The translations under genes and the position numbers were made by a program. The notes beneath the pieces are model-generated. The model was not told the DNA's origin. It worked only from the letters and a program-made list of their open reading frames with translations, and did no database searches. From a virus, in the IMG/VR virus record IMGVR_UViG_3300028394_003336: a DNA stretch of 64,000 nucleotides, one strand, 5' to 3'. Shown one piece after another: positions 60,501-64,000 of the stretch (position 1 is the stretch's first letter; every line of letters starts with the position of its first letter).

Positions 60501-62177
60501 TTATGACTCTTTACGAAGGTCTCCGCTATAATGTTCAAATCTATTGTGCTCAGTTGGTGTTGCCAACAATAAACCAGGATAAAGTTCATCCTTTTTTATT
60601 AGTTGATACATATGACTCATCCATGTTTGTTCAAACGGATGTGCCCATGTTACATCTAAGAACATTTTTTTATTTCCTGGTCTGCTAACAAGTTGAGGCC
60701 AATTACAATAATAAACATCACCCATAGTATATGGTAATCCTTTATGACTTAAAACATGAGTATATACTGATTTCGGTGCATTTGGGTCTAATCCTTGAAC
60801 AGGTAATCTGTTTTTACCTGGCCAAAATTGTTCTCTAACACTTTGTGGTACGTTATACCAAGCCCATTGAGTTCCGTTATCACCATAAAATTCTGAATAG
60901 TTAAGTTTCAAGAAATCAAAGTTTTCTTTCTTCATAACTTCTAATGACTTTGTATAAAGATTTGGGATGTATCTATTAAATCCATTTCTACATACTTGAC
61001 CCTCATTTGGGAAAAAGAACATATCATCTTCAAAAAATAAGTAATAATCTAAATCAGTAGTATCAAAGTGCTCTGCAATAAATTGTCTTCCACCACATAT
61101 ACCTAAATTATCCTTCTTTATATGTGTAAAATTATGTTCTTCACAAAGTGACGCATATTCATCAAAAGTTGATTCATCAGAAGAGTTGTCTAATAAAAAC
61201 TTTTTAGTCTTAAGTAAGTAATCTTTATCGTATTCAGTCATTGATTTAATCAACGTTCTGAATTGATTTGGACTATTAAAAGTAATAACATATAATCCAA
61301 CTTTAGATGTGTCTAAGTTATTAACAGATTCAATAACTTTAGCTTCATTCTTAATCTTTAAATTATCATTCTTTAAGTCCTCAAAGAATTTTCCAACTAA
61401 TCCATTCCCCTCAATTTCAAAATAATTTATTAAATCAGAATGTTTGTAGCACATAATACTGAAAATAGACTCTTCAGTACCCATATAACCTTCTTCTAAG
61501 GTTGTTTTTAACAATGAATAATAAATTCCATTAATATCACCAATAGAGTCTTTAGGTCCACCAAAAAACCCACCTCTAGCAACTTTATTTACCTTATCAC
61601 CAGCAATTGAATTTAATTTATTATATTCAAACCCATGAATTTCAGTTTCAGCATCATAAGGAAAACAAATGAATGAAAACTTAGAAATATATTTCGGTAG
61701 TTTATCTAAAACTTTATCGTGTGTAAAATAACCAGGATGAACAGTATTTGTTAATCCACCATCAATCCAAAAAAGATATTCTGAATTAAATTGGTCCATA
61801 ATCTTAGCATCATTTAATAAAAATACTTTAGACATAACCAATGGATTATAGTTTTCTAATCTGGCTTGTGTTGAATCTTTTAGCCAACCAGATAAATTAG
61901 ACCAACTTTCGTTAGCTCTAATCTTTTGAATCATGTCAAAAAATTCATTTTCTCTAAACCAACTCAAAGGTCTTGTAATGAATTGAGTATTATCCTTTGA
62001 CCTTCTTTCAAAAACAAAATCTCTAAGTTCTTCATCACCAAAAATAATCATATTGGCATCAACACCTAATAATGAACTAAATTTGTCCAAATAATGTTGA
62101 TAAGTTCTTGACCATCCTTCAGTTAGTTCATCTCTACCGATGTTCCATATTCCTGTTACTAATGTTATCTTACTCAT
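60501..62177 (-). CDS. Two-domain putative glycosyltransferase (HtrL/YibB-like plus GT-A/GT2-like)
   Basis: TLVTGIWNIGR..W.R...YL, WIDGG, GGFFGG, GTEE; C-terminal VITFN..LLDNS..NLGICGGR..FFEDD. Confidence 0.75.
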   Translation of the reverse strand: MSKITLVTGIWNIGRDELTEGWSRTYQHYLDKFSSLLGVDANMIIFGDEELRDFVFERRSKDNTQFITRPLSWFRENEFFDMIQKIRANESWSNLSGWLKDSTQARLENYNPLVMSKVFLLNDAKIMDQFNSEYLFWIDGGLTNTVHPGYFTHDKVLDKLPKYISKFSFICFPYDAETEIHGFEYNKLNSIAGDKVNKVARGGFFGGPKDSIGDINGIYYSLLKTTLEEGYMGTEESIFSIMCYKHSDLINYFEIEGNGLVGKFFEDLKNDNLKIKNEAKVIESVNNLDTSKVGLYVITFNSPNQFRTLIKSMTEYDKDYLLKTKKFLLDNSSDESTFDEYASLCEEHNFTHIKKDNLGICGGRQFIAEHFDTTDLDYYLFFEDDMFFFPNEGQVCRNGFNRYIPNLYTKSLEVMKKENFDFLKLNYSEFYGDNGTQWAWYNVPQSVREQFWPGKNRLPVQGLDPNAPKSVYTHVLSHKGLPYTMGDVYYCNWPQLVSRPGNKKMFLDVTWAHPFEQTWMSHMYQLIKKDELYPGLLLATPTEHNRFEHYSGDLRKES

Positions 62178-63054
62178 AAATTCTATTAAATTCTTCTAAT
62201 ATTTTAAAAAAGCTTTTATTTTTTTGGAACAACTCATCTGTTGTTCCTTGAGGTGCATTATCTCTACACCACCATATATCAAAATGTTTTCTGTAAAATA
62301 AATCTTGATGGTTAAAGTACATCAAAGTCATAATTTGTTCTTCATGTGGTAACCCATTATCACTACCCAAAACACTTTGAGCATAGTTTTCAAAAGTTGT
62401 TACTATATTGTCCCACTTATCTCTATGACCCCCAAACATTCCACCTATAATATGAATACTTCTATCATAGTTAACATACCATTTTGGGTCTACAGTTCCT
62501 GACCAATAATTTCTATCATTTTCTTTACCAAATAACAAAAATTTATCTCCTGTGTCTTCAATAACATTTTTTAAGAAATTATTATTAAAAAGATGACTCT
62601 CATAAAACCTTCTCATTGAATGATGTTGTTCGTCAAGATATTTTAAAGGAATAAGCCCACAATGAGATAATCCCGCATCAACCCAATAATAGTTGTCATA
62701 TGATTTATCTTCATTCCACCACCAACTAAATTTTGAATATTGAATTTCAATACATCTATCTCCTCTCTTAATGTCATCAACATTCTTCCTTGAATTAATT
62801 AAATCTTTAAACTTACAATTCTCAAGGTCAAAAACTTGGAATTTTAATTGATTCTCAGATATCTTATATTCAGAATAAAAAAATTCTTTTAAAGATTCAA
62901 TTTCTCTGTCTGATGTATAACAAAGAAAATCGGCATCTGTCATTTTAAGTAATGAAAGAAGACTAAATCTGTAATGAGAACCCCTATTAGGTCTACCACC
63001 TAATTCTGTTCCGTTTAAATCACTATAAATTGCAGTAATAATTTTAGTTGACAT
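62170..63054 (-). CDS. HtrL/YibB-like putative glycosyltransferase
   Basis: YYWVDAGL, IGGMFGG, HEEQIM; paralogous to the N-terminal domain of the next gene. Confidence 0.65.
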   Translation of the reverse strand: MSTKIITAIYSDLNGTELGGRPNRGSHYRFSLLSLLKMTDADFLCYTSDREIESLKEFFYSEYKISENQLKFQVFDLENCKFKDLINSRKNVDDIKRGDRCIEIQYSKFSWWWNEDKSYDNYYWVDAGLSHCGLIPLKYLDEQHHSMRRFYESHLFNNNFLKNVIEDTGDKFLLFGKENDRNYWSGTVDPKWYVNYDRSIHIIGGMFGGHRDKWDNIVTTFENYAQSVLGSDNGLPHEEQIMTLMYFNHQDLFYRKHFDIWWCRDNAPQGTTDELFQKNKSFFKILEEFNRIYE

Positions 63055-63787
63055 TATATGGTAAGTGTTGTTTTTGAATTTTTATTTTTTTGTTTTCACT
63101 TTCATTTAAATATTGCCTATGAATTTTAATTGGAGAATATTGATTCCAATTATATGTTTGAGTATAAAAATTATTGTACATACCATGAGATACATCAGAA
63201 TAAGAATTTTTTTGTGGTGCTATAGGTAATACTGGTGCAAAACATTGAACAACAGGATAAACATGTTTAACCAATTGTTCATCAATAGGAAGAACATAAT
63301 CTCCGCTTTGGAAAGCATATTCTTTAATATTTTCCACAAGTTGGAATGATGACACATCATAGATAAGAATATTTGTTGCAAATGTTTCTGTTAATCTATC
63401 ATGTGGTTTTGGTGGTAAATTAGTTAAGTCTAACAACATGTTATACTTTTCACTAATATTCATTGGTCTATTTAAAGTTGGGGCCAAATTCATAACACCA
63501 AACTCAATGCCATCAATTTGTTTTTCCAAATCCTCAATAAACGATTTTGAATATGGCATCACATCACAATCATCTTCTATAACCATTACACGTTTATACC
63601 CTCTTTCTTTAGCAATATTTATAATTCCTAAATGAGAAAGGGTACAACCCATATAGCTATTCCTATTAACAGCACTGAATACCTCGTAGTCCCAACCAAT
63701 ATAATCCAATTCAAATTTAATATCCTCTAATCTATCTGGTCTTGTTTCTAAATTGACTACAAACTTTGGTAGTTCGTTGAATTTCAT
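63044..63787 (-). CDS. Glycosyltransferase family 25
   Basis: VVNLETRPDRL, FSAV, GCTLSH, VIEDD, PID motifs. Confidence 0.85.
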   Translation of the reverse strand: MKFNELPKFVVNLETRPDRLEDIKFELDYIGWDYEVFSAVNRNSYMGCTLSHLGIINIAKERGYKRVMVIEDDCDVMPYSKSFIEDLEKQIDGIEFGVMNLAPTLNRPMNISEKYNMLLDLTNLPPKPHDRLTETFATNILIYDVSSFQLVENIKEYAFQSGDYVLPIDEQLVKHVYPVVQCFAPVLPIAPQKNSYSDVSHGMYNNFYTQTYNWNQYSPIKIHRQYLNESENKKIKIQKQHLPYNVN

Positions 63788-63999
63788 TAACTAACGTTAT
63801 TATGGTTTAATTGGCCTGTTAATCTATCACACCAACCTTTTGATTCTGAGTGTGGCCAAACAACCCAATATGATGGTAATTCAGTTGTTTGGAATTCTCT
63901 CCAAACTTTACAATATCCGTCAGGGTCTCTCATAAAACCAGCAATTTCATTTTTATCCGCATCCTTTCTAAATAAAGTTTCATCTTTTGTGTTATGGAA
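63787..63999 (-). CDS. C-terminal fragment of upstream gene in the glycosyltransferase operon (partial)
   Basis: Open frame FHNTKDETLFRKDAD...YWVVWPHSESKGWCDRLTGQLNHNNVS* with TAATG overlap to GT25 start. Confidence 0.65.
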   Translation of the reverse strand, partial: FHNTKDETLFRKDADKNEIAGFMRDPDGYCKVWREFQTTELPSYWVVWPHSESKGWCDRLTGQLNHNNVS

Positions 64000-64000
64000 T

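Noticed and set aside
60485-60589. Longest-ORF starts in the track (also 51972, 52400, 27513, 3988, 18616)
   Set aside because: They overlap neighbouring genes, terminators or promoter motifs, or use a non-ATG codon next to an ATG; downstream ATGs were preferred
1-64000. Stop-codon reassignment as in some large phages
   Set aside because: Code 11 gives intact long genes and near-complete coding density; TAA, TAG (29410) and TGA (44518, 13676) all act as stops
1-64000. tRNA, rRNA or large ncRNA genes
   Set aside because: Intergenic gaps are at most about 135 nt, AT-rich and show no cloverleaf; a covariance-model scan would be needed to exclude them formally

Overview
A gene-dense, AT-rich 64 kb segment of a large contractile-tailed (myovirus-type, distantly T4-like) dsDNA bacteriophage, almost all on the minus strand, standard genetic code. 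SprB-type repeats and A-rich leaders lacking Shine-Dalgarno motifs suggest (inference) a Bacteroidota host. It contains putative fibre/decoration proteins (Gly-Thr-Ser/Asp collagen-like, Thr/Pro mucin-like, SprB-repeat), a baseplate cluster, replication/recombination genes (class II RNR, DnaB-like helicase, 5'-3' exonuclease, RecA/UvsX-like, gp32-like SSB, family B polymerase), a tail module (sheath, tube, chaperone, tape measure, hub, neck), a plus-strand SET / SNF2 / SOD-fusion block and a glycosyltransferase cluster. No capsid, portal, terminase, tRNA, CRISPR or integrase was recognised. Main observations beyond the ORF track: (1) a probable +1 (or -2) frameshift at UUU_UUU_CGC joining a gp26-like tail chaperone to an ATG-less 50-aa extension; (2) an intact Mn-type SOD fused to a PD-(D/E)xK-like nuclease domain, preceded by a hairpin that overlaps a putative late promoter; (3) a TATTTAT motif upstream of 16 gene starts; (4) a candidate virion glycosylation system; (5) a baseplate-cluster protein with a multi-helix hydrophobic block. 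Family assignments come from motifs recognised by eye, not database searches.
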